From: Piromyces finnis finn
Lineage: Eukaryota > Fungi > Neocallimastigomycota
Assembly (NCBI GenBank): GCA_002104945.1
Contig: MCFH01000084.1
Span: forward strand, 1 to 64,000
Direction: 5' to 3'
DNA: 64,000 bases
Shown here: positions 9,825-21,047 of the stretch, one piece after another
Numbering within the stretch: the first letter of the stretch is position 1
Layout: every line of letters starts with the position of its first letter
Translations under genes and position numbers: made by a program
The notes under the pieces: model-generated
The model's input: only the letters and a program-made list of their open reading frames with translations
The model's database searches: none
Told to the model about the DNA's origin: nothing

Positions 9825-12800
9825 TTGGAGGCCTTAATTAGTGAGTTTGAAAGTTTAAATTTAGAGATGGGTGATAGGACTGTGGGTGTTTCTGGGAATT
9901 CGGGGAACATTATTAATGCTCCACCGATATTTTCTGTTAAACAAAGAGAATTGGATGGATTTTTAACCAGAGTTGAGTTGGTATTTCGTACTCGACCGAC
10001 ACTGTATAATACAGATCGAGTCAAGGTCGACTTCGTTATATCATACTTCTCTGGTAAACCTTTGGAATGGGCTTCAGTGTTGATGAAGAATAATAGTGGG
10101 GTTTTAAATCATTATGATGAATTTGTAGATAGGTTGAAGGCTAATTTTGGCAGTTATAGATACGATACCGTTGTAGCTAACGGTAAATTAGATAATCTTC
10201 GCCAAAGGAAACTTGGTCAGGTATTAGATTACATTACCGAGTTTCAACGTATTAGCCAAAATTCAAGCTTTAATGATAGCGCAAAAATCTACATGTTTCT
10301 GAAAGGTTTATTACCACCACTTAGAGAGAAGTTGGCTTTCATTGAATCAAACCCAACTTCAATTGAACAATTGATTTCTTCAACTATTTTAGTTGAAGAT
10401 ATGATGAAAAGGAATTCGCTTAGTGAATTTTATTTTAATAGTAGAAGGGCTGATGATCCTATGGATGTGGATGTATTTAGAATTAGTAGAGAAAACAAGC
10501 GTAGAAGGTATGTGAATATCCAAGGATCAAGTAAAAATTACAATGAAAACATGGACAACTTTGAAGAAGAAAAGAAAAAAGGATTATGTTTTCTTTGTAA
10601 ACAGCCAGGACATTTAAAATTTAATTGTCCTAATAGAGTAAAGCCCAGAAAAGTGTTAAGAATTGTTAAAGAAAGGACTCCAAAAATTGTTAATCCAAAA
10701 ATTTACAAAGTTGGAGTCAAGGGAGTGAAAAGTGATTTAAATCTTGTGGATTTTTACTTGAGTACCAATGAAGTTTCGGAAGTTAAAATTAAGGTTTTAA
10801 TTGATTCCGGTTCTGAATTGAATTTCATTAATCCAAGTCTTGCTGAAGACCTTGGTATTAAGTTGGAAAAGGTAGAACCATTCCGTGTATCAGGTGTTAG
10901 TGATGGAGTTGTAAGTGTATGGGAAAGGACTGAGAAGTGTATGCTCCGATGCAAAAATCACTTCGAAGTAATTCAACTTTATGGATTACAAGTCCCCGGT
11001 GTTGATGTTATTCTTGGTTTGCCGTGGATAAAGAAGCATAATCCAAATGCTTTCTATGACTCTAAGAAAATCGCTTTTAGTTCTGGTTATTGTGCCAGAC
11101 ACTGTAACAAAGGTAAAAGAAAAAGAAAACCAAGAAAGAAGTCCAAGAATTATCAATTAGATCATGATGTTCTTGACCGAAGCTTAACCAAAAAACCGAA
11201 AGTAGATCCCTCCGTCCCAAACCATGAAGAAAAAGAATATGTTAAAGGCCGCCTTGTTAGAACCATTAATGATGAAGATGACAGCGATGATGAATATATT
11301 AGTTTTAATAAAAAAGTTAAATGTATTGTAACGAAAATTATTGAAACATGTAATAATGATAATGAATCATGTAGTAATAATAATAATAATGAAAAGGATA
11401 TTAATAAAGATAAATTGGTCGCCGTACCAACCCAATATTTAGAATTTAGTGAAGTGTTTAACGAAAAAAATTGTGAAGTGTTACCTCCTCATAGACCTTA
11501 TGATTGTGAAATCAAACTTAAGGATGATTCAACTTTATTTTATGGACCCTTGTATCCATTAACTGAAGTTGAAAGAGAGGAACTTAAAAAGTATATAGAT
11601 GAAAATTTAAATAAAGGTTTTATTAGGAAATCATCGTCTCCTGCTGGTGCCCCAATTTTGTTTGTTAAAAAGAAGGACGGTTCCTTAAGACTTTGTATTG
11701 ATTATAGAAGGTTGAATGATATTACAATTCGTAATTCATATCCTTTACCTTTAATAAGTGACCTTCTGGAAAGAGTGAAAAATGCTAAAATTTTCACTAA
11801 ATTAGATCTCAAATCTGCTTATAATCTTGTTCGTATTAAAGAAGGTGACGAATACAAAACGGCTTTTCGTACTAGGTATGGTCATTTTGAATATCTGGTT
11901 ATGCCTTTTGGATTAAAGAATGCACCTGCAACCTTTCAACACTTTATTAACGATGTCCTTAGTGACTATTTAGACGATTTTGTTATCTCATATATTGATG
12001 ATATCCTTATTTATTCTAATAATATCAAAGAACATCATGAGCATGTTAAAAAGGTACTTAAGAAACTACTTGAAAATAATCTTTATGTTAAATTAGAAAA
12101 ATGTGAGTTTGATGTTAAGAAAACCACTTTTCTTGGTTATGTCATTTCAAAAGATGGGTTGCAAATGGATGAGAATAAAGTTAAAGCAATTATCGATTGG
12201 CCGGTTCCCAAGAATGTTAAAGAGGTTCAGTCTTTTATTGGTCTATGTAACTACTACAGAATTTTTATTAAAGACTTTGCTAAAATTGCAAACCCTCTTC
12301 ACAAACTCACTAGAAAAAATGTTGCTTTTAACTGGGGGAAAGAAGATCAGGACGCTTTTATTTTATTAAAAACTTTGTTCACGTCAGCTCCTATTCTGAA
12401 ACATGCGGATAGTAATAAACAATTTATTGTTGAAACTGATGCTAGTAATTATGCTGTCGGTGCTATTCTCTCTCAAGAGTTTGACGGCAAATTACATCCC
12501 ATTGCATTTCTTTCTAAAAGTTTGACGAGTTGTCAAAGAAACTATCCTATATATGACAAGGAACTTTTAGCTATTGTAGTTGCTCTTGAAGAATGGCGTC
12601 ATTATTTAGAAGGTGCACGCCATCCGTTCATAATTTATACTGATCACAAGAATTTAACATTTCCTAGAAAACCTGAAATGTTATCTCAGAGACAAATTAG
12701 ATGGAATTTGTTCTTATCCAGATTTGATTTTAAACTCATTTATAGAGCTGGAAAGAAATCCGGTAAGCCTGATATCCTGTCTCGTAGAAGTGACCATGTA

Positions 12801-14417
12801 GAGAATAATATTAATTCTGATGTTTCTTGTCTTACTATTTCGTTTCATCATAGCGATAACAAACCGTTAATCGATTCTATTTTATTAGAACTTAAAAATG
12901 ACGATTTGTATAATTCTATTGTCCAATTTAAAATGAATGGTTCTGCATGTAATGCACCTATTAAAAATATTGATAAAGTTATTATTGATAACGAAGGATT
13001 TTTGTTATATAATAATCTTATTTATGTTCCTAAATCTCTTAGGACTAGAGTTTTAGAACTCCATCATGATTCTGTTGCTGCTGGCCATTTCGGCATTAAG
13101 AAAACCGTTGAACTGATTTCCAGAAACTTTTGGTGGCCAAGGTTTCATTCAGACGTTAAATCTTTTATCAAATCTTGCGTGACTTGTTGCAAATCCAAAG
13201 TCCCCAGACATAAGCCTTATGGATTGTTATCCCCTTTGGACACTCCCAGTAGGCCCTGGTCTGATATTTCTATTGATTTTATTGTTGATCTTCCTAAGTC
13301 CAGAGATATGACAACTCTCATGGTTGTTGTCGATAGATTTACTAAATTTGCTCACGCCATTCCTTTACGTTGTCTTCCTACTGCTTCGATTGCTGCTGAT
13401 GCTTTTATTGCTAATGTCTTCCGTTTGCATGGTCTTCCTAATTCCATCATTTCTGATAGAGGCTCGCAATTTACTTCTGATTTCTGGTCAAGACTTTGTG
13501 ACCTTCTTAATATCAATCATTCATTATCAACTGCCAACCATCCGCAGACAGATGGTCAAACGGAGAGGGTGAACGGCATATTAGAACAATATTTCCGTTG
13601 TTTTATAAATAAAAAGCAGAATAACTGGGTTGATCTTATCCCATTTGCTGAATTTGCATATAATAATACTTTACAACAATCTATAAATCAATCTCCATTC
13701 TTTGCTAATTATGGTTTTCATCCAAAGTTCAGCTTAGAAATTCCAGCTAATGATAGACCTAGTAGAGCTGAACAAAGAGTAATTGATATGAATGAAAACT
13801 TTAAATTATTAAAAGAAAACTTAGAAAAAGCAAAAGAAACATATAAGAAATATGCCGATATGAAGAGAATGATTCCCCCGGAGTTCGAAGTGGGAAAGAA
13901 AGTATGGTTATTGAAAGATTCTCCTGGAACTAACCTAAAGAGAAAATTAGCACCTCAAATGCTTGGTCCATTTGAGATAATTGGAAAAGTTAGTTCTCTC
14001 GCTTTCAAATTGAAACTTCCAAAGACAATGAGATGTCATCCAGTCTTTCATGTCTCATTGTTAGAACCATACTTTGAAAACAAGTTTAACGACAGGTCTA
14101 ATCGTAGGAAGAGGAACATTCACCTTAACACAGATTTAATTGAAAAAAATCCAGAGAAAATTGAAAAGATGAAATCTGTTAATGGTGAAACATTTTATAA
14201 GTTATCATGGAAAGGATTTGACAAATCCACTTGGATTTCTGAAGATCAGATTCCAGATAAACAATTAATACAAGAGTTTGAAAGAAACTCTAAAAAGTCA
14301 AAATATAAGTCGAACGACTCCTCCATGAAAATTAGAAAGAATAAAGTTGGTAATCTAATCAAGCACAGATACCAACCATTTGTAATTGAAATTCCTTCGA
14401 GAAAAGATTCCTTATAA
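9825..14417 (+). CDS. gag-pol: B1 Gag-Pol polyprotein (Gag, CCHC, PR, RT, RNase H, IN, chromodomain-like tail)
   Basis: 1530 aa: [46 protein letters not shown]...CVTC, DFIVDLP / SDRGSQF / ERVN, GPF, YKLSWKGFDKSTW. The track start is TTG; the first ATG is at 9867. Confidence 0.95.
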   Translation: MEALISEFESLNLEMGDRTVGVSGNSGNIINAPPIFSVKQRELDGFLTRVELVFRTRPTLYNTDRVKVDFVISYFSGKPLEWASVLMKNNSGVLNHYDEFVDRLKANFGSYRYDTVVANGKLDNLRQRKLGQVLDYITEFQRISQNSSFNDSAKIYMFLKGLLPPLREKLAFIESNPTSIEQLISSTILVEDMMKRNSLSEFYFNSRRADDPMDVDVFRISRENKRRRYVNIQGSSKNYNENMDNFEEEKKKGLCFLCKQPGHLKFNCPNRVKPRKVLRIVKERTPKIVNPKIYKVGVKGVKSDLNLVDFYLSTNEVSEVKIKVLIDSGSELNFINPSLAEDLGIKLEKVEPFRVSGVSDGVVSVWERTEKCMLRCKNHFEVIQLYGLQVPGVDVILGLPWIKKHNPNAFYDSKKIAFSSGYCARHCNKGKRKRKPRKKSKNYQLDHDVLDRSLTKKPKVDPSVPNHEEKEYVKGRLVRTINDEDDSDDEYISFNKKVKCIVTKIIETCNNDNESCSNNNNNEKDINKDKLVAVPTQYLEFSEVFNEKNCEVLPPHRPYDCEIKLKDDSTLFYGPLYPLTEVEREELKKYIDENLNKGFIRKSSSPAGAPILFVKKKDGSLRLCIDYRRLNDITIRNSYPLPLISDLLERVKNAKIFTKLDLKSAYNLVRIKEGDEYKTAFRTRYGHFEYLVMPFGLKNAPATFQHFINDVLSDYLDDFVISYIDDILIYSNNIKEHHEHVKKVLKKLLENNLYVKLEKCEFDVKKTTFLGYVISKDGLQMDENKVKAIIDWPVPKNVKEVQSFIGLCNYYRIFIKDFAKIANPLHKLTRKNVAFNWGKEDQDAFILLKTLFTSAPILKHADSNKQFIVETDASNYAVGAILSQEFDGKLHPIAFLSKSLTSCQRNYPIYDKELLAIVVALEEWRHYLEGARHPFIIYTDHKNLTFPRKPEMLSQRQIRWNLFLSRFDFKLIYRAGKKSGKPDILSRRSDHVENNINSDVSCLTISFHHSDNKPLIDSILLELKNDDLYNSIVQFKMNGSACNAPIKNIDKVIIDNEGFLLYNNLIYVPKSLRTRVLELHHDSVAAGHFGIKKTVELISRNFWWPRFHSDVKSFIKSCVTCCKSKVPRHKPYGLLSPLDTPSRPWSDISIDFIVDLPKSRDMTTLMVVVDRFTKFAHAIPLRCLPTASIAADAFIANVFRLHGLPNSIISDRGSQFTSDFWSRLCDLLNINHSLSTANHPQTDGQTERVNGILEQYFRCFINKKQNNWVDLIPFAEFAYNNTLQQSINQSPFFANYGFHPKFSLEIPANDRPSRAEQRVIDMNENFKLLKENLEKAKETYKKYADMKRMIPPEFEVGKKVWLLKDSPGTNLKRKLAPQMLGPFEIIGKVSSLAFKLKLPKTMRCHPVFHVSLLEPYFENKFNDRSNRRKRNIHLNTDLIEKNPEKIEKMKSVNGETFYKLSWKGFDKSTWISEDQIPDKQLIQEFERNSKKSKYKSNDSSMKIRKNKVGNLIKHRYQPFVIEIPSRKDSL

Positions 14418-15058
14418 ATTAATCTCGCAGGAGCTCGTCTTAGAGAGAGAGATTGTAAAGATATCAAACGCCTCTGTTTGATATCTTTAATGTAACTTAA
14501 GCCACAAGTATTATTGTTTAAGTTACACAAATTATATTCAGAAAAAGAAAATGAGACATAATTTATTTATTAATAATTAAAGTTTAAAACAAAATAAATT
14601 ATTAATTTATTTTTAATGTTTAACAAGTAAATTAATATTCTCAATTTAAATCCCTAGTTTTAGTATTGTTTTTTTATAGAAATAGATAAATAATAAATGA
14701 TTAATATATCAATAATACATGGGCACATATTCAAATTAAATAGTACTTAATTTGAATTGCCAATTGTATTTTACTAAAAATAGTTATAGTTTAAATATTT
14801 ATTAATAATTAAGATTTTAGTGTAGATTTTAAATAATAATATATAAGAAATAAATAGTTATAATATAATATAAATGTATTTAGGAAAAATATAAATAGAA
14901 GATATTTTTCATCATTTTATCGATGTAATTGTTATTATTAAAATTCTATTATAATAAAAGATATTTTTAAATAAAACAATTTTTTATTTTTATTTTAAAT
15001 TTAGTGTTATTGTAATAGAATAGATATCCTAATCTATTCTTTCTGTGTCGCCATTACA

Positions 15059-15897
15059 CATTACCACTTACTAAACATGGAAATTCTTATATTATTACCC
15101 TTGTTGATTATTTCACTAAATGGGTTGAAGCTAAAGCAATTCCAAATATGAAATCAGAAGAAGTAATAAAATTTTTAATAGAAGTAATAACAAGATATGG
15201 TCCACCAGAAATAATTGTTACTGATAATGGAAGTTCATTTATTTCTGATATTACTAAAATGATGATTGATTTATATGGATCATGGGTTCATTTTGTTTCT
15301 CCTCATCACCCACAATCTAATGGTATGATTGAGAATAGAAACAAAGAAATAGGAAAAACTTTAAGACTCTTAATTGAAAATGAATCTGAATGGGATGAAT
15401 ATCTACCATCTGCATTATGGTCACTTAGAACTACCAAAAATTCAAAAACAAAGTTTAGTAGTTTCGAATTATTATATGGTAGAAGAGACACATGGCCATT
15501 AGAAATAATGTTTCCCGATATTTATAAAGATCCTAATGAAACAGAAGAAGAATATATTTTTAGAAGATTTTTAAGGCATCAAAATTGGGTAAAACAAGCT
15601 ACTGAATATTCTAATCATGCTAATCAATATTGGGAACATAGAATAGGTTTATCCAAAGCTTTAAAGAAGACTTATAAACCGGGTGATTATGTTATGATAA
15701 GATTAATAGGAAGAAGTAAATTAAATCCTTATTTTTATGGTCCTTATAAAGTTGTTAATAAACAAAAATTTAATACTGTTATACTTGAAGATCCACATAC
15801 AGGAAAACTACTTGATAGAAATGTAAATATTAAAAATATTTTTCCTTACGTTCTACCAGAACAAAATTTAACTTCAAGGGACGAAGTTAATTCTTAA
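15059..15897 (+). pseudogene. pol: Integrase C-half of element A
   Basis: PLTKHGNSYIITLVDYFTKW upstream of the ORF; TDNGSSF, HPQSNGMIE, FYGPYKV motifs. Confidence 0.85.
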
Positions 15898-15910
15898 AAG
15901 GCCGAGAAAC

Positions 15911-16170
15911 TGATAAATAATGAAATTAATAAATATAAAATTATTATTATACCTGATTTTTAAGTTAACCCTAAAAGTAACTTAAAACAAGCTATAGTTT
16001 AATTAATTACTTTACCAAAATTCTAAAATGAAATTAATCCTTAACACTGCATATATTTTGAATATTGAAAGAAAATAATAAACTTTAATTAATCGAGATC
16101 AAAATATATAACTTTTGTTAAATTAATTGTTAAATTAAATATTTAATAACTTCTTTAGTAAATTGCACTT
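15911..16170 (+). repeat. Truncated 3' LTR of element A
   Basis: Aligns with scattered substitutions to 3027-~3290; preceded by purine-rich aaaaggccgagaaac. Confidence 0.8.
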
Positions 16171-16199
16171 AAGAGTAATATTGAATTTTTCGATAAATA

Positions 16200-17533
16200 A
16201 TAAATCGGATTTAAAAAAAAGTGATTTTAATATTGTAACAGTCAATGATATAAATTCAAAAATTAATGATTTGAATGATAAAATAGAGGAAATTTTTGAT
16301 AAATTTAAAAATATAAATAGTAATAAAAATTGAGTAATAATGAAAAAAAGGAAAAAAGAAAAAAATCTTTTGGAAGATATTTAGTGGAAAAACAAAGTGT
16401 AAAGATATCAAACGCCTCTGTTTGATATCTTTAATGTAACTTAAGCCACAAGTATTATTGTTTAAGTTACACAAATTATATTCAGAAAAAGAAAATGAGA
16501 CATAATTTATTTATTAATAATTAAAGTTTAAAACAAAATAAATTATTAATTTATTTTTAATGTTTAACAAGTAAATTAATATTCTCAATTTAAATCCCTA
16601 GTTTTAGTATTGTTTTTTTATAGAAATAGATAAATAATAAATGATTAATATATCAATAATACATGGGCACATATTCAAATTAAATGGTACTTAATTTGAA
16701 TTGCCAATTGTATTTTACTAAAAATAGTTATAGTTTAAATATTTATTAATAATTAAGATTTTAGTGTAGATTTTAAATAATAATATATAAGAAATAAATA
16801 GTTATAATATAATATAAATGTATTTAGGAAAAATATAAATAGAAGATATTTTTCATCATTTTATCGATGTAATTGTTATTATTAAAATTCTATTATAATA
16901 AAAGATATTTTATAAAACAATTTTTTATTTTATTTTTTCAAATTTTTGTGTTATTGTAATAGAATAGATATCCTAATCTATTCTTTCAGTGTTCAACATT
17001 ACACAAAGAGAATTTAAATGCCATTTTAAAAGATTTAGAAAAAAATTATAATACAAAGGATAATTTTTATCTTGATTTTGAATATGGTGAAAATAAAAAA
17101 TTATTAAAAAAAACATTTAAATATTAGGCGAAGGTATCGATAAATATTGTATGGAAAGTTATAAGTTCAATGATAAAAATGATAGCAACAATAGTAATAG
17201 TGAAAAGTACTTTGCTTTGGATATCAAGGAAGAAGCTGATTTCAAAAATAAAAAGAATTATGTTTTAAATTATTTAGTTAGTGGTGATGGGAAAAAGTAT
17301 GTATAAGTTGATAATAATTATTTTTATAATGCCAGAATTAACAACTTTAATCATAATTACTTTGAATCGATTGATAGTCTTAATCCACAAGATCCATTCA
17401 CAGATTATGAAAATACTTCTATTATGAATTCTATTAAAAATTCTGAATTCCAAAATGGTATGATTATAGAAGAGTTTAAAGAAAAATTTAGCAGTGAATT
17501 TCGTTCTAAAGAGACTTTACAAAATTCAAACTA
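16200..17533 (+). pseudogene. Degraded host-gene-like sequence, part 1 (unknown family), split by a solo LTR
   Basis: Coding-like frames with stops and frameshifts (e.g. ILGEGIDKYCMESYKF...YENTSIMNSIKNSEFQNG) that read across the CAAAG TSD. The start coordinate is approximate. Confidence 0.4.
16398..17003 (+). repeat. Solo LTR of family B
   Basis: TG...CA, matches 14454-15058, 5-bp TSD CAAAG on both sides. Confidence 0.95.
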
Positions 17534-17542
17534 ATAAGAAAA

Positions 17543-17545
<3 letters not shown>

Positions 17546-17608
<63 letters not shown>
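17546..17608 (+). repeat. (AAT)n microsatellite
   Basis: Direct reading. Confidence 0.95.
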
Positions 17609-17921
17609 TGTAAAGAAATGTGTCTTTAACAATAAAAACAAATTATAATATTTACTAAATAACTTAGTAATATTAACACTTTAAAATATTCTGTAAATTA
17701 TTAATTTATAAAAATATCATTAAAAACACATAGAATTTAACTTAATAAGTTAGTGTTTAATAATATAATTATTTATTAATAAAATCTCGATTCTTTAAAA
17801 TATTTGGGAAAATTCACTCGTATTTATACTAAAAATTTTTTAAATTAATTTATAAAATTTTTTCAACTTAAAATTCTTAACCAATCAATAATCTTCATAT
17901 AAAATAAAATTTAAAAATAAA
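17609..17921 (+). repeat. Partial LTR, family Z
   Basis: Starts tgtaaagaaatgtgtcttta; near-identical to the reverse complement of 54890-55206 and similar to 33991-34423. Confidence 0.8.
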
Positions 17922-18058
17922 ATATTGATAAATTTGATATTAATAAATTGTTTAATAATAAAATTGATATTGATAATGATATTAATAAGTTTTGATAATA
18001 ATAATAATTGTGATTTTAATATTAATAATAAATATAATTTGAATTTTTTAACTATTTT

Positions 18059-18839
18059 TTATTTCTTTCTATTAAATTTTTTAAGTAGCCCCTTGCAATT
18101 TAGATTTTCTTCAGGCTCCCACGAAGCTTCATTGATTGAATACCCTTTCCATTTAATCAGGTATTGTATTTTTCCGTAATGTCTTCTTTTATCCAGAATT
18201 TCTTCAACTTCGTATTCTTCTTCATTGTCAACGGTAATAGGTGGCGGTGGTGGTTGAGATCTTCCAAATTTATCTTCGACATATTTCTCGAGATTGGATA
18301 CATGAATAACTGGATGAATCTTAATAGATTTTGGGAGACCTAATTTAAATGTAACATTTGATATTTTTTCCAAGATTTTGTATGGGCCGAGTTTTCTTGG
18401 CTTAAATTTTTTATTTCCTTTGTGGATAATTAAAGAACTATCCAGCCAAACTTTGTCACCAACTTTAAAATTCGGAGCTTCTTTTCTACGTTTGTCAGCA
18501 TGCTTCTTCTGGGTTTCCATGGCAGATTTTAAATTTTCTTTTAAGGTATTAATTAAAGTTTTAAAATCTCTTGTAAACTCTTCTGCTCTTGGGACTTTAG
18601 ATAAGTCTGGAATAACTGGTGAATATTTTGGATGAAAGCCGTAATTCAAAAAGAATGGAGAAAATTTGGATGATTCTTGGACCACGTTGTTATAACTAAA
18701 TTCTGCAAGACTAAGAAAACTTTTCCAATTTGAACCTTTATAATTTGAGAAACATCTTAAATATTGTTCTATAACGGAGTTCACCCTCTCCGTCTGACCA
18801 TTTGATTGATGATGAAAAGGAGTAGACAACTTAAGTTTA
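18059..18839 (-). pseudogene. pol: Fragment F: integrase C-terminus with canonical chromodomain
   Basis: [57 protein letters not shown]; 5' part missing. Confidence 0.9.
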
Positions 18840-19230
18840 TGGTAGGGAAGACCAACAACCTTTTGATATAGCTGCCCGACCCACTAAAGATCAAAACAAG
18901 AGTTCTGATGAAATTCTTTTGGAAAAGTTTATAAATCACTACCGATGGACCCTAGAAGCTGCTGAAAATGTAAAGACGGCTAATAAATATTGGTCTATGA
19001 GAAGAGAAGAAAAATTAAGTATGAACCAAGCTAAGAAAATAAAAGTAGGTGACCTAGTTTTGGTAAGAAACTTCAGTAGAACAAAATTGGAACCTTACTT
19101 TGTAGGACCTCTCAAAGTGGTCCAGAAACAGTTCAATACAGTAGTCTTAGCAGACCCAGAAACTGGAGTACTAATGAACAGAAATGTACATTTCGAAAAT
19201 GTCGTTAAATATAACTCAGCAACGGAGTAG
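18835..19230 (+). pseudogene. pol: Fragment W: integrase C-terminus of an A-like element
   Basis: LYGRED... and RTKLEPYFVGPLKVVQKQFNTVVL parallel LYGRRD and RSKLNPYFYGPYKVVNKQKFNTVIL in element A. Confidence 0.8.
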
Positions 19231-19254
19231 CTTGAGTTTTAACGAAGGGCATTC

Positions 19255-20120
19255 TGTTAAGGAATGAACATAAATAGTTGAATTAGCTAGAATTTTAGGA
19301 TTTAACCTTCAACTATTTATATTCCTTACTAGTGTTTAACTCTATTTTTAAAATATAAAAATTATAATATATAATTTTTATACATTTTTCTAGTAATTAT
19401 TAATATTTTTATTATATAGTTATATTATTTGTATATAGTTATTTAAGACCTTTATTATTAGTATTAATATAATTACTTATAATATTTTATACTTATAAAA
19501 TTTTACAAAATTTTATTATTAAAATAGTTATAGGTATTTTATTATTATTTAAGGTTTATTTTATTAATTAACTTTATTGTATAATATTTTATAATTTGAA
19601 ATTATGACATGGAATTTAATTATAATTTTTACTAAAAGAGGCAACTGTTACACACAAAACAGAAGATACCTCGACAGAAAAATTATTATTTATGTCTAAA
19701 AAAGGGCATAATTAATTGAATAATATAATTTTATTATATGTCATAATTAAATATATAATATATGGTATGCAAAAATGTTACACATATCATAAATTAAAAA
19801 TTTATTAATTATAAATTAAAAATTTTTCTATTCAAATATTAAGAGATTATTCATAATATATATTAAGGATTTAATTAATATATGTTACAGTGAATGATCC
19901 ATATATTATGAATGAAATCAATTTAAATCCTTAGCTATCCAAAACCATTAAATTTCAAATAATGGATAGTTGGAAAAAGTACGAGGATTTTTGAGAAAAA
20001 TTTTAAAAATTGAAAAATCAAAAATAAATTAAATGAATAAAAATTAAAATTAAATAAATTTTTATTTTTATAATTATTCAAGTGTTTTGTGATATCTTAT
20101 TTGAACCGTAGCACATTACA
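19255..20120 (+). repeat. 3' LTR of fragment W
   Basis: TG...CA after a purine-rich tract; second copy at ~26230-27030. Confidence 0.8.
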
Positions 20121-20130
20121 ATAATAATAA

Positions 20131-20968
20131 TGTAAAATATTCTAAAGTTCAGGTTTGTATACAACACTAAACTAACAATTAAACTAATTATTTTTAATAA
20201 TAATTTTTATTTATTTATTTATTTATTTTTAAAACTATACTAACTAAACAACCGTTGATTACTTTACCGTGAAGGATATTTCACCAGAGCCCTCACTAGG
20301 TAATCAATTTATATTTATTTAAAACTAAAATTATTAATCTAAACTATAAACTAATTATAAACTAATGTTAATTTATCTAAACAAAATTAACCTATACGAT
20401 TTTCCAACTATCGTTTCAATAGTTGAAAAATTCTCTTTATTTATACTTTTTAAATAAATTGAATAAATTCTAATATACATGTTTTAATATTATAATTTTA
20501 CACTGTTTACATTTATACATTTATTAAAAGAAATTATTTGTATTAAACTATTTAAATTCAATTTATTTACTAAAGAATTTTCTAAACTTAAAATAAAGTT
20601 TTGATTTATTTACTATATGGTTGATTATATTTCAAACATATATTCAATTTATTTATTTCTAATTTTGAGGCTTAGTTTATAAAAAAAATTTTTTATTATC
20701 TAAAATATTTATTGGTTAAAATTTATTTAATTTAAAATTTTATTTTATCATCAAAAACTTTATCTTATCATAAAATTAAATTTTACATAAATTTATGTTA
20801 ATGTATTGTGATATAAATTTTTGTAATTAAAAAATAAAATTTACATAAATTTATGTTAATGTATTGTGATATGAATTTTATGGAAATTTACGGTACATTA
20901 ATTTAATACATTATACATTATTTTAAATATGTATTAAATACATTATTCTATTAATACAATATTTTACA
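20131..20968 (+). repeat. Solo LTR family Y inside (AAT)n
   Basis: tgtaaaatatt...aatattttaca; AATAA on both sides; inverted partial copy at 34433-34952. Confidence 0.85.

Positions 20969-21045
<77 letters not shown>
20969..21045 (+). repeat. (AAT)n microsatellite
   Basis: Direct reading. Confidence 0.95.

Positions 21046-21047
<2 letters not shown>

Larger units (their letters stand above)
8825..15058 (+). mobile_element. B1: full-length chromovirus-like Ty3/Gypsy element with an intact single gag-pol ORF
   Basis: LTRs 8825-9428 and 14454-15058 are near-identical; self-priming PBS 9429-9439; PPT agagagagagat before 14454. Flanks GTTAC and CATTA do not match. Confidence 0.95.
3027..16170 (+). 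mobile_element. Element A: Ty3/Gypsy LTR retrotransposon (tRNA-primed, no chromodomain), interrupted by B1 and internally deleted
   Basis: 5' LTR 3027-3830, PBS, gag with CCHC, -1 frameshift, PR, RT; integrase C-half 15059-15897; partial 3' LTR 15911-~16170 aligning to 3027-~3290. Confidence 0.85.

Noticed and set aside
12103-14530. Recurring short ORFs overlapping B pol (MSLMLRKPL..., MLSIDLLNL..., MCNLNNNTC...)
   Set aside because: They recur only because the B copies are near-identical; their lengths vary and there is no independent coding evidence.
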